A stretch of 64,000 nt of DNA, from positions 74,276,001 to 74,340,000 of the forward strand of contig OX597825.1 in the NCBI GenBank assembly GCA_951406725.2, written 5' to 3'. Below, one piece after another: positions 26,655 to 40,405 of the stretch; position 1 is the first letter of the stretch, and the number at the start of each line of letters is the position of its first letter. The notes below the pieces were generated by a model. It was not told the origin of the DNA. It did not search any database and saw only the letters and a list, made by a program, of their open reading frames with translations. Source of the stretch: Octopus vulgaris. Lineage: Eukaryota. Position numbers and translations under genes: made by a program.

Positions 26655-26950
26655 TTTAATCCCAGAAAATGGGAAACCTATAATTTTTTACTTTTTTTTT
26701 TCTCTGAACGAGGACAACAGTTCAAATCCCACCTCCGCTGTGGGGACAGACGTAGCAATAAAGACAACAACGTTCGAAATTAAATTTTTAACACAATAAT
26801 AAAAATACAGTATCCCAAAAAACGGGAAACCTATAATATATTAATATAATTTTTCCTCACAACGAGGACAACAGTTCAAATCTCACCCCCGCTAGGGGCG
26901 GGTGCCACAATAGAGCCTACAACGGCTAAAATTTTATTTTTCACACAATA
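26650..26950 (-). repeat. Two about 150-bp tandem monomers in the LINE 5' UTR
   Basis: TCCCA.AAAA.GGGAAACCTATAAT...AACGAGGACAACAGTTCAAATC.CACC.CCGCT..GGG...CAATA..G...ACAACG...AAATT..ATTTTT.ACACAATA occurs twice. Confidence 0.8.
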
Positions 26951-27167
26951 GACATAATTATAACAAGGGCTTGGCTTGCGCCTCATCACGCACTGAAAAA
27001 TAGACGTCAAAAGACACTATTGTCACCATAGATTCCCCGAGAAAATTATATATATAATTATGTATATAATTATAAAATATTGATATTAATTTACCTACGA
27101 GCTTTTATTTCTGCGCTGACCACTTGGTAAAAAACATTTATGATTTTACCCTTTATGATATATATAT

Positions 27168-27453
27168 ATATTGTTGTATTTAGGAATGGTCATTCTGCCA
27201 GTTTAGCCAATAAGAACACACGCACTATATATTTGGTGTTACTTTGCTTCAGCGTTATTTATTTTTTACATTAATTTTAATCTTATTTTTATTCTGGAAA
27301 TAAGAAGTTGAAGGCTACCCGTGTGACTCGAATAAGATTAAGATTAATGTAAAAAAAAATAAATAACACTGAATCAAAGTAACACCAAATATATAGTGCG
27401 TGTGTTCTTATTGGCTAAACTGGCAAAATGACCATTCCTAAATACAACAATAT
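27168..27453. mobile_element. Foldback element with about 120-bp near-identical inverted arms (family E)
   Basis: 27168-27288 is the reverse complement of 27331-27453; the arm also occurs at 34914-35032 and is related to the ends of 32293-32679. Confidence 0.9.
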
Positions 27454-27506
27454 CTGTTTCAACACACGATTTCACATCAAAAATCTTGCAAAACAAATAT
27501 ATAAAA

Positions 27507-27545
<39 letters not shown>

Positions 27546-27551
<6 letters not shown>

Positions 27552-27760
27552 TAATCCAAAGAAGAAAGCACAAAAAAAAACACAACAACGCGATGACGTG
27601 GAACAAATATAGTATTACTGGACGCTCAGGAAAGAAGGAAAGAAGTAGGGTTTAACGTTTCGAGCGGAGCTCTTAGTCGGAAACAGGAGAAGGAAAGATC
27701 CAGAGAAGGGAAGACAGAGGTAAAAAAATCGCCAACGGTACACAGGCGGTCACATTTTGA
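27546..27760 (-). mobile_element. (TA)n-flanked cassette related to family D, degenerate hammerhead at 27649-27685
   Basis: Shares GTATTA..ACGCTCAGGAA...ACGTTTCGAGC..GCTCTT; minus strand GTTT-CCGACTA-A-GAGC-TCC-GCTC-GAAA-C-GTT-AAAC. Confidence 0.65.
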
Positions 27761-29159
27761 ATATATATATATATATATAGTGATATATATATATAGTGAG
27801 AAAGAGAGGGGGACAAAGTGAAAGTGGGACAGAGGAGAGAGAAAAAGAGGGAATGATTGTGAGAGATACTGCTAATGTCATAAGAAATTAAAATTCTGAA
27901 AGATTGATTTGGTCCAATGATAGAACGTCTCTCATGTTCACAGCAGATATGGATTCGAGTCACACGGGCAGCCTTCAACTTCTTATTTCCAAAATGTTGT
28001 TTTGAATTCAATATTTACCTATTCACCGTTCCTGACATAATACACACACATACACACACACACATACACAAACACTCTCTCTCTTACACACAAACACACA
28101 CACATACATACACACACACACACGCATACACACACTCGCATATCAATTGCACTATATATTGATGGCTTCAGTGTGAGATTTAATTTACTTCTATGTAAAT
28201 TTCGTATTCGTATCCATGTCATTGATTTTTAGCTTATTCATATAAAATTTATAGCATTGTACCTACATTAAATGCTTACATCTGGTGCGTTTATATTGTT
28301 AGAAACCAAATCTAATTACACGCTATTGGGTACAATCATCATCATCATCATCGTCATCATCGTAACTATTATTATTATTATTATTATTATTATTTCTTAT
28401 TTTCCAGAAAATTAGCAACTTACCAAGGAACGAAAATCTGAAATTTTCCTTTTTTTTTCCTTTTTCCGCAGAAATATAGCTTTTAAATGTAAACATTTCC
28501 ATAATGTTTTATCCAATAAGCATTTTCTGGTGTCATATGAAGATCTTTATGGAGACAATTTGATGATATTTGCGCAGGGTTTATTTTCATAAATGAATAT
28601 TAAAACCACTCTCTAAATCAACGCCTTAAGCCAAACATTTATATTTCATTGAAAATAATGAATATCAGATATATCTTTTCAAGTGGAAACCATTTAGGGA
28701 TATAAAAATTTTTCCAGCCGTCTGAAATATATTCAAGAGTTCTTCAGTTTTGCAGAGTCTGTTTTGGAGTGGAGGATATAGATTAAAACGTAAATTGAAA
28801 AATGAATTATTATAGTTTAAGGGTCGACTAGAGCGAAGAGTCTGGTGGTGGTGATAAAAAGAAGAGATCTTGGGTTAATGTTATAAAGAATTTAAATGTC
28901 TAAGTGTCTAATTGTACGAGACAAAATTATTGTTATTACTATTATAATTTTTCGGGTAATTAATCTTGTCTTTACGCGATGAAGATTATATTTCAAAATA
29001 CATAGGAAGGCGAATGTTTTTTTTTTCTAAGCCAATATAAAAAACATATTTGGAATCAATACTAATATTTCCGCCTAAATTTTATGTGCAACTTTATTTA
29101 CAACCATTCCACATATCACATATACACAAATCGATATCCACATTAATAACTATACCCAT

Positions 29160-30012
29160 ATTGGTATCAAATGTTGGCACAAAGTCAGCGATTTTGGTTG
29201 GAGTGTTAAGTCGATTACATCGACTCCAGTGCTCAACTGGTACTTAATTCATCGACCCCGAAAGGTGAAAAGCGAAGTTAACCTTGGAATTATTTGAACT
29301 TCAGACAAAGATTCTTCAATGCCGTACCCTATGCTGGGGTACTAAATTTTTTTAGTTGAAGGAATCCATATTCTATTAGATTCTTTTGCCGAACTGCTAA
29401 GTTACGGCGACGAAAACAGACCAACGCCGGTTATCAAGTGATGGTCAACCACAAAGACACGCACACACACACGCGCATATATTTATATATATATATATGA
29501 CGGTCTTCTTTAAGTTCCCGTCTACCACAGCTACTCACAAGTCTTTGGTCGGCCCGAGGCTTCATTGTAGAAAACTCTTGCTCAAGATTCTACGCAGTGG
29601 GACTGAATGCGGAGACATTGTGTTTGGGAAACGAATCTCTTACCACGCAGCCTTACCTGCGCCATCTTCATCAACATATTTACATTTCTACTAAACAAGG
29701 CAAAATTGAGATTCCAGTGGAATTTGAACTCAGAACGTAGCGACGGTCGAAATACCGCGAAGCATTTCGCCTGGCGTGCTACCGAAACTGCCAATATTAT
29801 ACTTTCTACTAAAGACACAAGGTCTCAAAATTTAGGGGTAGGGGACTAGTCGATCACATCGACCCCAGTACGCAACTGGTACTTAATTTATCGACCTTGA
29901 AAGGATGAAAGGAAAAGACGAGATCCCGACGGAATTAGAACTCAGAACGTAGCGACGGTCGAAATACTACTAAGCAGTATTTCGCCCGGTGTGCTAACGT
30001 TTCTGCCAGCTT
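29160..30012 (-). mobile_element. Cluster of SINE family A and C copies
   Basis: Family A blocks at 29160-29300 and 29690-30012; family C at 29370-29665. Confidence 0.75.
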
Positions 30013-30125
30013 AGTTAAGTTAACAATTAGAACAAAATCCCTCAGGTATTGTATAGAGTTCGAATGCGATGCATAAAACATAGCAGGATGAAATAATTTC
30101 TGAGTTCGATGCGATCGACCCGACC

Positions 30126-30710
30126 CTGTTGTTGTTGCTGTTGTTGTTGTTGTTGTTGTTGATGATGTTATCGTCGTTGTTGTTGTCGTCGTCGTCATCG
30201 CAGTCGTTGTTGTTGTTTTGGCTGTTGATGTTGTCATTGCTGCTGTTGACATAAATGATAATGTGGTTGAGAAGGACTAGGCAGAGCATAACCGTAATAA
30301 ACATGACCACCGTAGGGATCGTCATGAGGATAATACTGATGGTGATATTGGTGAAGCGTGGTGATGGGATGATAATGATGATTATGATGGTGTTGGTGGT
30401 AGTGGCCATTTTCATAATGCTGGCGGTGGTATTATTGCTGTTGTAGTTGTTCTTTTCGATGGTACTAGTGATCATGATCTTGCTTGTGATGTTGATGATG
30501 ATGACAATGATGATGATGATGATGATGGCAATGATGATGAAGGTGGTGATCGACATAAGGGTGGAAGTGTTACTGATATTATTGTTGTTCATGTTGTTGT
30601 TGTTGATGGTTGCGGTGGTGGTGGTGACAACTTTACTGTTGGTGATGACGGTGATAATGACTATAACAATGTTCATGATGATCGTGATAATGACGTTGAA
30701 GACAAAGTAG
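30126..30710. repeat. Degenerate trinucleotide low-complexity array (GTT/GAT/GGT)
   Basis: Seen directly; explains the poly-T/M/I/V ORFs. Confidence 0.85.
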
Positions 30711-31281
30711 AAATCATGAGAGAAAAAGATGAAAGAAGAGGTGTAAAGTAGATGAAATTACGAAGGAAAAAAAACACAAAAGAAAGAACAACGAAACAAA
30801 TTAAATAAAGGAAGGAATAACAAACAAATGTAGAATAAAAGGAATTAAAAGCAGTAAAAGAAAAAGAAGAAAATTAGAGAAAAAGAAGTACGAAAGAAGA
30901 AAGACACAAATAAGAAATACACAAGAATAATAACAGAAAGACAAATTTAAAAATGTATAGATATAATCTATTTATGCCATTCGATTGTCGGTTTACCTTT
31001 ACGTGGCAAAATACCATTTTAGAAACGCTGCAGTCACCTACGAAGTGTATTCTAATACATCTTTGCTCTTTTCTACTTACTGGTTGAAAGAATTAGGTAA
31101 ATCCGCTCAGCATCTGTCTGCACGTATGTAAACCAGTGAGTTTGGCTGTTCATGCCATTAATGTCGTTTCAGGGCTTCAATTCGAATTAAGCAGATTCCG
31201 GCAATGCATCGTAAGAATACAATATGTATATATGTGTGTGTCTGCGCGCGTGCATACATAAATACATAGATTATACATATA

Positions 31282-31314
<33 letters not shown>

Positions 31315-31486
31315 CAAACACACACACACATACACACACACATATATATATATATATATAAATGCATATTGATCAAATCAATATAATACACACGCACACA
31401 CACATACATACATGCATACACACACATATATATATATACATACATATACATACATACTCACATACACAAACACAAACACACACACA

Positions 31487-31550
<64 letters not shown>

Positions 31551-32012
31551 TATTGATCAAATCAATGCTACCAAGACAGCGTCGGAATGAAAAATAAACA
31601 ATGACACATAAGAAAACATAAACACCATTTCAGAACTTACTAAACCGTTTTCTCACATTTTCTCTTCATATATCCGTCACTACTCTGCCAGACCCTAACA
31701 TATTCTCTTATTTTTCTTTTCACATATTCCGGATTTTCCAGGCCGGCCACGCTCAGATGCTGCATTTCTTGACGTTTTCTCTGTGTGTTTTTTTTTTTTA
31801 TAAATGTTCGAAGGTTTATAACGCGCACCGCTTCCATATGTTTTATATAGCACTCTTATATTTATTGATTTCTTAGAGAGGGAAGACGGGGGAAAGGAAA
31901 GACGACCGGGAGTGAAATGGCGAGTGTAAGAGGGCGGAACAAAACACCATAAAGCATGTTTGTTTTACGCATAGATTCTGGTAGTGCACGATTATATATA
32001 TGTGTATGTATA

Positions 32013-32069
<57 letters not shown>

Positions 32070-32198
32070 CACATATAGATGTATATGTATATGTGTGTGT
32101 CTCTGTCTCTCTCTATATGTATGCGCATATACATATGCATCTATCTAACTATTATATATATGTACATACATACATACATACATACATACATACATACA

Positions 32199-32230
<32 letters not shown>

Positions 32231-32292
32231 CATACATGCATATATATGAAATTGTGTTGCAAAATTCCTGGTGTGGAACAGTCTGTTGAAGC

Positions 32293-32679
32293 ATATTGTT
32301 GTATTTCGGGACTGTCGTTTCCACCCCACCAAATAAACACACGCACTATACATTTGTTCTTCATTCATTTATTACTGCTCTTATTCTAACGCATATCCAT
32401 TGTCCAGAAATCTTTTGTCACGCATCTGTGACCTCTTCAGCGACAATGTCCATATCCGGGTTTGCTCCTGCTCCGCTTAGTTCATTCTGCTCGGACTTAG
32501 CGGAGCAGGAGCACACACGAGGACGGAAAGTGTCGCTGAAGGGGTAACAGGTACGTGACAAAAAATTGCCGGACAATGGATATGTGTTATAATATGAAAA
32601 GTAATAAGTGAGTGAAGCAAAAAATATATGCGTGTGTTTATTTGGAGTTAAAATTGACCGTCCCGAAAGGCAACAATAT
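32293..32679. mobile_element. 387-bp rod-like foldback with a hammerhead-like motif in each arm (family E relative)
   Basis: About 190-bp arms pair end to end around a 9-nt loop; minus strand TGTCG-CTGAAGA-G-GTCAC-AGATGC-GTGAC-AAAA-GATT-TC-TGGACA; plus strand TGTCG-CTGAAGG-G-GTAAC..GTGAC-AAAA. Confidence 0.85.
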
Positions 32680-32984
32680 ATACATATAAATACACGCACA
32701 TACACACATGTACATACACACCTGCACACACGAAAGCTTGCGTGTCGCGCATACGCTTGCATATATGTATGTATGCCTATATATATGAAATGTGGGTGTA
32801 GACTTAACTGTCGTCCAAAAAAGTCCCGCCACTCGTTTCTTTGGATCTTGGACAACAGTTCCCTCTGCTGTATTATCGGAGCCGGTTTAAGTAACACCTC
32901 TTCCCTTCTCCACACTAGCGTCGGAAGAAAAAGGAATATGTTGGCTACAGAGAAAAGGTGGCAAAGCCAGGTTTTCGATGTGTG

Positions 32985-33180
32985 TGTGTGTGTCTTTGTT
33001 TCTGTATCTACCTCCCAGTAACTTAGTGGTTGGTTCGGCAAAAGAGACCGATAGAATAAGCACCAGGCTCAAATAAAAGATTCCTGGGTTCGATTTGTTG
33101 GGCCAAAAACCCTTCAAGGCGGTGCCCCAGCATGGCCGCAGTCAAACGACTGAAACAAGTGAGAGGTAAAAGATAAAAGT
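32985..33180 (+). mobile_element. SINE family C 3' part
   Basis: GTTCGGCAAAAGAGACCGATAGAATAAG...CCAGCATGGCCGCAGTCAAACGACTGAAACAAG. Confidence 0.8.
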
Positions 33181-33299
33181 AAACTACAACACGTATCAAT
33201 TCGGCATTTAACGTCCTTCGAGGTAGATCCCATCTGAAGTCACACACTTAATCCGGCGTCGTTTCGGTTTATGGAGGCCCTCCTGACACTCGTTTTATG

Positions 33300-33659
33300 A
33301 GATAGCTTGCAGGTACCTCATTGCATACTCATTGACTTCCTTGACAAATATCTTAAATCTTATTCCTTTAAAGTGGGATTTCTTTAAAGCATTGGTTTCT
33401 AGCTCATAGCCATAGTCTCACGATTCGTTTTCAAAAAGTTTACGTTTTCATCGGCACGATTAAGGAGATCCGGTTGGGTCCAAACATTTGATCGTCTGTT
33501 TCAAACAACCACATTCTACACACTTTACAGTACAGCTATAAACAATAGAAGTGAGTGACAAGGTTATGACCAAGTCTGCATGCGCGACAGAGGGCCAAGA
33601 TCTGAGCCGCTCCGTTTCCATATCAACAGTCCCAATACTTTTTGCTCAAACCTTGTAAA
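33300..33659 (-). mobile_element. Possible mariner 5' remnant
   Basis: Minus strand TACAAGGTTTGAGCAAAAAGTATTGGGACT resembles a mariner TIR; ADENVNFLKT and GYELETNA resemble the FL..IITGDETW.YGYD.ETK region. Confidence 0.4.
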
Positions 33660-33667
33660 CATATATG

Positions 33668-33763
<96 letters not shown>

Positions 33764-34357
33764 AATACATTTATATATAAACATATATGACATAATATGT
33801 GTGGCAGGATTTATTATGTTTTTTTATGAGAAGAACTTTACTGTTTTTTTTCTATATTTTCTTTTAACTTTTGAGTTTTGCATTTAAAAATTTGATACGC
33901 TGATGCAAATATTCAATATAAATCACATTCGTTATTTATGTGTAGCAATAGTACAAGACAGACACAACATCCCTCCCTCCTACACAGTCCGTACTAACTT
34001 TAAAAATTTACGCTCTGAATTAATAAAATTGTTTTAGATAATCAATAATGTGTCCAATATTATAGAATTTTCAAAATATATATTATCAAATATCCTGACT
34101 GTCCTCCCATACACGTACGTACATACATACATACATACTTACGTACATACATACATACATACATACATACATACATACATACATACATACATACATACAT
34201 ACATACATACGTACATACATACATACATACATACATACATACATACATACATACATACATACATACATACGTACATTCATGCATACTTACGTACATACAT
34301 ACATTCATACATATTTATATTTATGAATGTATATATGTATACAAACACATATATGTC

Positions 34358-34403
<46 letters not shown>

Positions 34404-34614
34404 TGACTGAGTGCTTATTGAAATATGGTCTTCTTCCCTGTTTCATGAAGTCTATCATATATAATCGCTTTGGAGTCCTTCTTGTCCGTTGTCAGTATAA
34501 TTCAATAAACATATCATCTCTCTATAAAATGTGTTATATTTTCCGCTGTAGTACCGTCGTCTTTATCGTCTGATCAAGTTAATCATATCTGTCTACCTAT
34601 CTATAGATATATGC

Positions 34615-34701
<87 letters not shown>

Positions 34702-34782
34702 TATACTTATATATCCATATATATATATATTTATATACATATATACATACATATATATATCTATACATATATATACATATCT

Positions 34783-34815
<33 letters not shown>

Positions 34816-34819
<4 letters not shown>

Positions 34820-35062
34820 GACTGACGGTTAGTAAGGAGAGACACAAATAAGAAAGAAGAAAACAAAGGACCACTGATGCGGTCACAGGAGTGCGACGAA
34901 AGAACTCTGGCCGAAATAAGATTAAGATTAATGTAAAAAATAAATAACACTGAAGCAAAGTAACACCAAATATATAGTGCGTGTGTTTTTATTGGCTAAA
35001 ATGGCAAAATGATCATTCCGAAATATAACAATAAAAAATCTTGCACAACAAATATTTAAACG
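34816..35062 (+). mobile_element. Family E single-arm cassette with hammerhead-like motif at 34868-34912
   Basis: (TA)n-flanked; GGACCA-CTGATGC-G-GTCAC-AGGA-GTGCGAC-GAAA-GAAC-TC-TGGCC followed by the arm seen at 27331-27453. Confidence 0.75.
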
Positions 35063-35149
35063 TATATATATACATACATATATACATATATTCTTTTATT
35101 CTTTTACTCGTTTCAGCGATGCGGCTACGGTCATGCTGGAGCACCACCG

Positions 35150-35440
35150 TTGTCTTTCTGATTTCATCAGTCCAGAGGGGTTCACATCACGAAACCTGTA
35201 TGTGCCTTTGTCCCCGCTGTTGGCCCATTTGGTGTATTAGGGAGTTTGATACCGTTGCTCTCGTCTTCACATCATGTCTAGTTCCTTTTTGAAGACATCT
35301 ACTTCCACCTTATATAGATATCTTAATTTTTGTAGCAGGGAATTGGAGAGATGTGGGTGTTCGAAGCCTAGACTATTCTAGTACCTGGTTCTGAATTTAG
35401 ATGGAGTGGATGGTTTCCGGCCAGTTCCGGCATTGTATAA
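35150..35440 (-). mobile_element. CR1-like LINE 3' end fossil
   Basis: TPSKFRTRY*NSLGFEHPHLSNSLLQKLRYLYKVEVDVFKKELD resembles the CR1 ORF2 C-terminus (LFN.LP..LR.....FK..LD). Confidence 0.6.
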
Positions 35441-35567
35441 CAGCTTAAATCATTTCCATATAGTAAAATAAAATATATATGCATCTCCTACCAAATGTGG
35501 TAAATGCCACAGTTTTCATTTGGTCATCCATTTGTATATGCATGCACATACATACATACATACATAC

Positions 35568-35659
<92 letters not shown>

Positions 35660-37419
35660 ATATATGCGTATAGATATAGCTGTGTATGCCCCTACCGCTA
35701 TCTAACTCTCTTACGTATCGGTATAGCACATATCTCGTCACATACATGTATATACTACGTACATACACAGCGTGACTGGCTGGTTGCGACTGGCGAAGCT
35801 GTAAAGCAAGCGCTTCAGACGATCTAGATTCGGCACACATAATTTCTTCTCACTGGAAAAATCGTTTAATGTATATTTATCTGAAATGTGGTTGAATTGT
35901 TCCACATGGACAGAGGAGTAGTTATGAAGATTAATGTAATTACAGCCTAGAAATAAAATACTCAGTTCTTAGATCTTGATATAAAGTAAAAGTTTCAAGT
36001 ATTGATTTTTCGATTATGCTAGTGATGGCCAGTTTTAGAAAAACACCATTAATGCTCCTATTGATTGGAATTTATTTCTAAGCAGCAATGTTTAATGTTC
36101 AGCAGAGTAAACGTGTGTAATAAAGGAATAGTTAATGTGACAGTCTTAGCTTTATCGTTATATCACAACTAATTTCTGCGTAATTATATTCGAGAAAGCA
36201 GAACGTTGAGAGAAGTGAATCTACGGTCTCGGAGTTCTCTAGATCCACTGTATCAAATAGTATTTTTTTTTACAAATATATTTTGTCTTTCATTATTATA
36301 TTATCTATTTATCTTTATCAATATATCTAATGAGTTCAATACGAAAGCTTTCTGTGAAACACTAAGGTGTTATTAATTATTAAGTTAATAACCTCATTGG
36401 TTCATTTGTACTAGAACATAATAGTATTGATAAAAAAAAAGATACGATGTCTATATTTAAGTAATCTGCCGAATTAGAACCATCTCATAGATTCATCTTT
36501 GAAAAAAGCATGAATTTTTCTGTAGACAGTAGTTCAAAGATAACCACTACTTTGAGGCAGTTGTTTTCACTTATGCATTTATCTATTATTTTGTACTTTA
36601 GTGAACATTACTTTGTTACATCTGATCAGGGCTTCGATCTAAGTAGCTTTACCTCTGAGGCCTTGACAGGCTTATGGGCTCTGCCGTTTTCCCTCTTACT
36701 AAGCCATAAAAAATCATCTACTGCTGTTTCACTTATTCTCTTAACAAAGGATTGAACGTTGTTATTAGAAAGTTTGAGACGTTTCTATCATCAGAAAAAT
36801 TAGACAAGTCACGAAAACAAATTCAGTCATCTATAAAATGTTTTATACTTTTAGGTGATTGTAACACAAACTTGTTACTAGAAAGATTACACCTGCCCTA
36901 CATCATTTGATCTAGTGGACAAGAAGATTTTCATTAATCTAGACTAAACCAGGAGTAATCCAATATACGTGCTCATAAACCCTAATCTGGCCGAAGAAAA
37001 ACATACCATGTCTCTCCACACATTCGTAAATGTTTCCTACGAAGATGGATTTTGGATCAATATATAGATTTGATCGAGAAAGACAAAGGTGACTTCTCTG
37101 GAGTCTCAATAATCAAATGAGTTAAACACCTGCAATATATTAATGATGTAAGGGGGGAAAAGCAAATCGCAGCAGACTTCAGACCGAACTGACTTTGGAC
37201 AAAAGGCCGAACCCTTAAAGAGGTCATCGAAAGGACTCTGACTTACAAACAACCGATTGATTGCTAAACCAGCGCCTTAAATAAACGGTCGATTAGTTAG
37301 TGGGTTAGATATTCGACCATTGAATAATAATAAAGAAGTGATATTGAACCAGTGCGTGTGTTACTATTATTGGCGTAATGACCTTCCCAAGATGCAACAA
37401 GATTTGGTGCAACTGATCG

Positions 37420-37504
37420 TAATAATAATAATAATTATAATAATAATAATGATGATGATGATGATGATGATGATGATAATAATAATAATAATAATAATAA
37501 TTAC

Positions 37505-37548
<44 letters not shown>

Positions 37549-37552
37549 TAAT
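37420..37552. repeat. (TAA)n/(TGA)n microsatellite
   Basis: Seen directly. Confidence 0.95.
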
Positions 37553-40053
37553 GATTTCAAATTTCGGCACCATCCCAGTAGTTTTGAGGCGAAGGTAAGC
37601 TGATTACATGGACGCCAATACTGTCAGAGTGAAAGACAAAGTTGGCCTCGGCAGAATTTGAACTTAGAACTTAAAGAGCCAGAAAAAAAATAAAATGCCG
37701 TTAAGTGTAATGACAGCAAAGTAGAAAGTAACAGATTGAATAATGGCATATATCGCTACTTCACAGCTCTGAAAATTGTCCATTAACATCCATAAAATAA
37801 TAACGAAGAAAGCCAGAAACATCTAACGTAAATGTTGATAGATATTCGTGTAAGTAATGCATTAACCTATTGTCTGATTTTTATTGCGATTTACCTAATA
37901 TAATCTGTGTAATGTTAATGTTGGCACTAATCGCTAACTGGCTAACACATTTCAGCATACTAGCGGTGAATAAGCACCACAGAAATGTCGCCTGGAAGAA
38001 TACATGACAAGCAATAGCAATGAAAACTGTGCGATTCTTGCGAAAGGTTAAAACAGGGCATGCGTACTTTAGATTTGGCAGATGAACAGTGGCGTTGCGA
38101 GGAACCAATAAAACTGTATCTGATAAAATAATGAGAACGTAAATAAAGTGGTGTATTCTACTCCCTTAAGATCGGTAAATAAAAGAGGAAAGACAGAAAT
38201 GGACACGGGGATAATGCATTTCCATACTAAATGTATAATTTACAGGTACATTTACTCCAGGAGTTAAATCTCTTTAATGCTCAAAGATGATATATTTGGG
38301 ATAGATAATCTAAAAGAGGTTTTGGATCCCAGCCGACTAGTTAATTGGTGATACATTCTTAAACGCAAGCAAAATTAAGAAATATAGATGAAAGAATAAA
38401 TAATGAAAATAGAAAACAATGAACAAAAGAAAAGCAATAAATATTCAAATAAACTAAAACTGTAAACGTTGATAAGAGAATTACAACAGACGACCCAGCA
38501 CATTGCAAGATAATAAAGAAGTTATAACACATGAGAAAATTAAATTTGAGCATATCTACAATTTATCAACCATCAAAAGTCAAACTAGACGTATACTAAC
38601 GAATGTATGAAGACAATTCATAAAGGCCAGAGTTTGAATATTCATTGTTTGCAAAGATTGCATATGATAATAATCTAAAGCCGGCAATAAATAACGAAAA
38701 CGATAGATCTTCGTAAGGATAATTGAAAATAACTCTCAGAGATTAAATTTGGCCATAAACTAACGCCAGTAATAACAGTCACATAAATAACAGATGAAAA
38801 CATCATTTGGATAAAATGATAACAAAACAACTAAAATATGTCGTACGTAGGTTGAATAGTAACAAACAAAGATAAGTACATACCTGATTATCTTCATTTA
38901 AATGCAACTTACTATGTATTGAATTTAACTTACATATGATGGTAAAAGTTTAAAGAATTATCTTTTAAATTAAAAAATAAATCGACCATAAAATCCACCA
39001 AATGAAAATGAATATAGTTAAATTCTAACGCGATGGAATATGGCACAACATGAAATCTATATCCTGTATTTCTTTCGTATTATAGATTCAGGTTTACCCG
39101 CGGAATCTTTATCCTTGTCATTCTTCGAGAATTGGCACTTGCAGCTTTGCCAGTGACCATGACTGATACGCCACATGATTCCTTCCATCATCAATCGTTG
39201 AAATTCAACGTTAGTCATAACATCATTGCCTTTTACGAGGAACTAGGCTGTAGAAGAAGGCCCATGATTTCTCTTCTCATGCGTCTGTTGTTTGTTCATG
39301 ATTTAATAGGGTCGGTAACTGTGGGTAACTCAATCCGGCATATCTCTCATAATATAATTGTCCACTTTTAGGGTATTAGCTTTGTAAGAAATCACCCGAT
39401 TTATCCTCCACTACGTATGTTCCGAAATGATGATTTGTGTGTGTGTGTATCATGGTGGGGTATTGGATGGGAGATAACTCTGAGTAACTCTGTCAGTCCC
39501 CGAAAAGCCACAGTTGTTTGTCGTCTAACTCATTTACACCTACATTAGATTGAAAGTTTAAAAACTAAGCTCTAACAGAAAACATACTTTAAGTGTTCCA
39601 GTAATAAATTACATTCGTAATTTTCCCCACTGGGCATTTAGAAAATTGCCAAGAAATGAGGAACGCAAGAAAAACAGTGACTGTACTTAAAATTACAATA
39701 GCCAAATGCATAAAGACAATATGTATCACAAATACTTAGAATAATTGAGCTTCTGTAATTAGAGACCAGCTAATAAGTATCTATTGTAACACAGCAAAAC
39801 AACAAGTAAATTATAAAGGAAAATTAGAAAGAATAGCTTCAAGACAAGTACTACGAGACAATAGAGACTATTTGTCGTAAATAGACAAAACAGTGAACTT
39901 TTAAAGACGACGTAAACAGATGTAAAATAGAGGCCGAAAGAACTGACATTTATTGAGGAAATGTACAGAAGTATAAAGATAATAAATTATAACAATCGTA
40001 AATGAAATCAAAGTATCATTTTAAGGCGTTAACTAAAACAGGAATCTCCAAAG

Positions 40054-40405
40054 GAATGTTTCTCAACCATTTTTTTTTATTTATAGATCCCTTTGATTAT
40101 CATTTGATTCTGTATGGACCCCTATAGCCATTCGGTGTTTAAAAACTAGTTTTATAAATGCTTATTTCAAGATTCCCATTTTGTTCATCACAGTTGAACT
40201 TCTGTACTTAGAGATATGTAAGAAGTTAGAGAAAAAATTTAGCCGTTTCTTGCAATAAATACGTCGAAAGCAAACTGTTTTTCATGTGCTTCTATGGGTC
40301 CCTAATTTTCAATTTTGCTTGCAAAGATCCCCACCACTACCACCACCGACACCAAATCTTATAAGGATCCCCAGGGGATCTGTGAACTCCGGTTGAGAAC
40401 TACTC
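40054..40405. mobile_element. hAT-Charlie/MER5-like MITE
   Basis: TIR-like GAATGTTTCTCAACC ... GGTTGAGAACTACTC; degenerate 8-bp flanks CTCCAAAG and GTCTAAAA. Confidence 0.6.

Noticed and set aside
26650-26950. HDV-like ribozyme suggested by TCCTCGT in the LINE monomers
   Set aside because: Could not build P1 or P3 pairings
26965-26995. Minus-strand GTGATGA-GGC-GCAA-GCC hammerhead-like motif at the LINE 5' end
   Set aside because: Lacks C3, GAAA and stems I and III
28441-28475. Pyrimidine tract plus CAG acceptor
   Set aside because: No plausible exon or donor downstream
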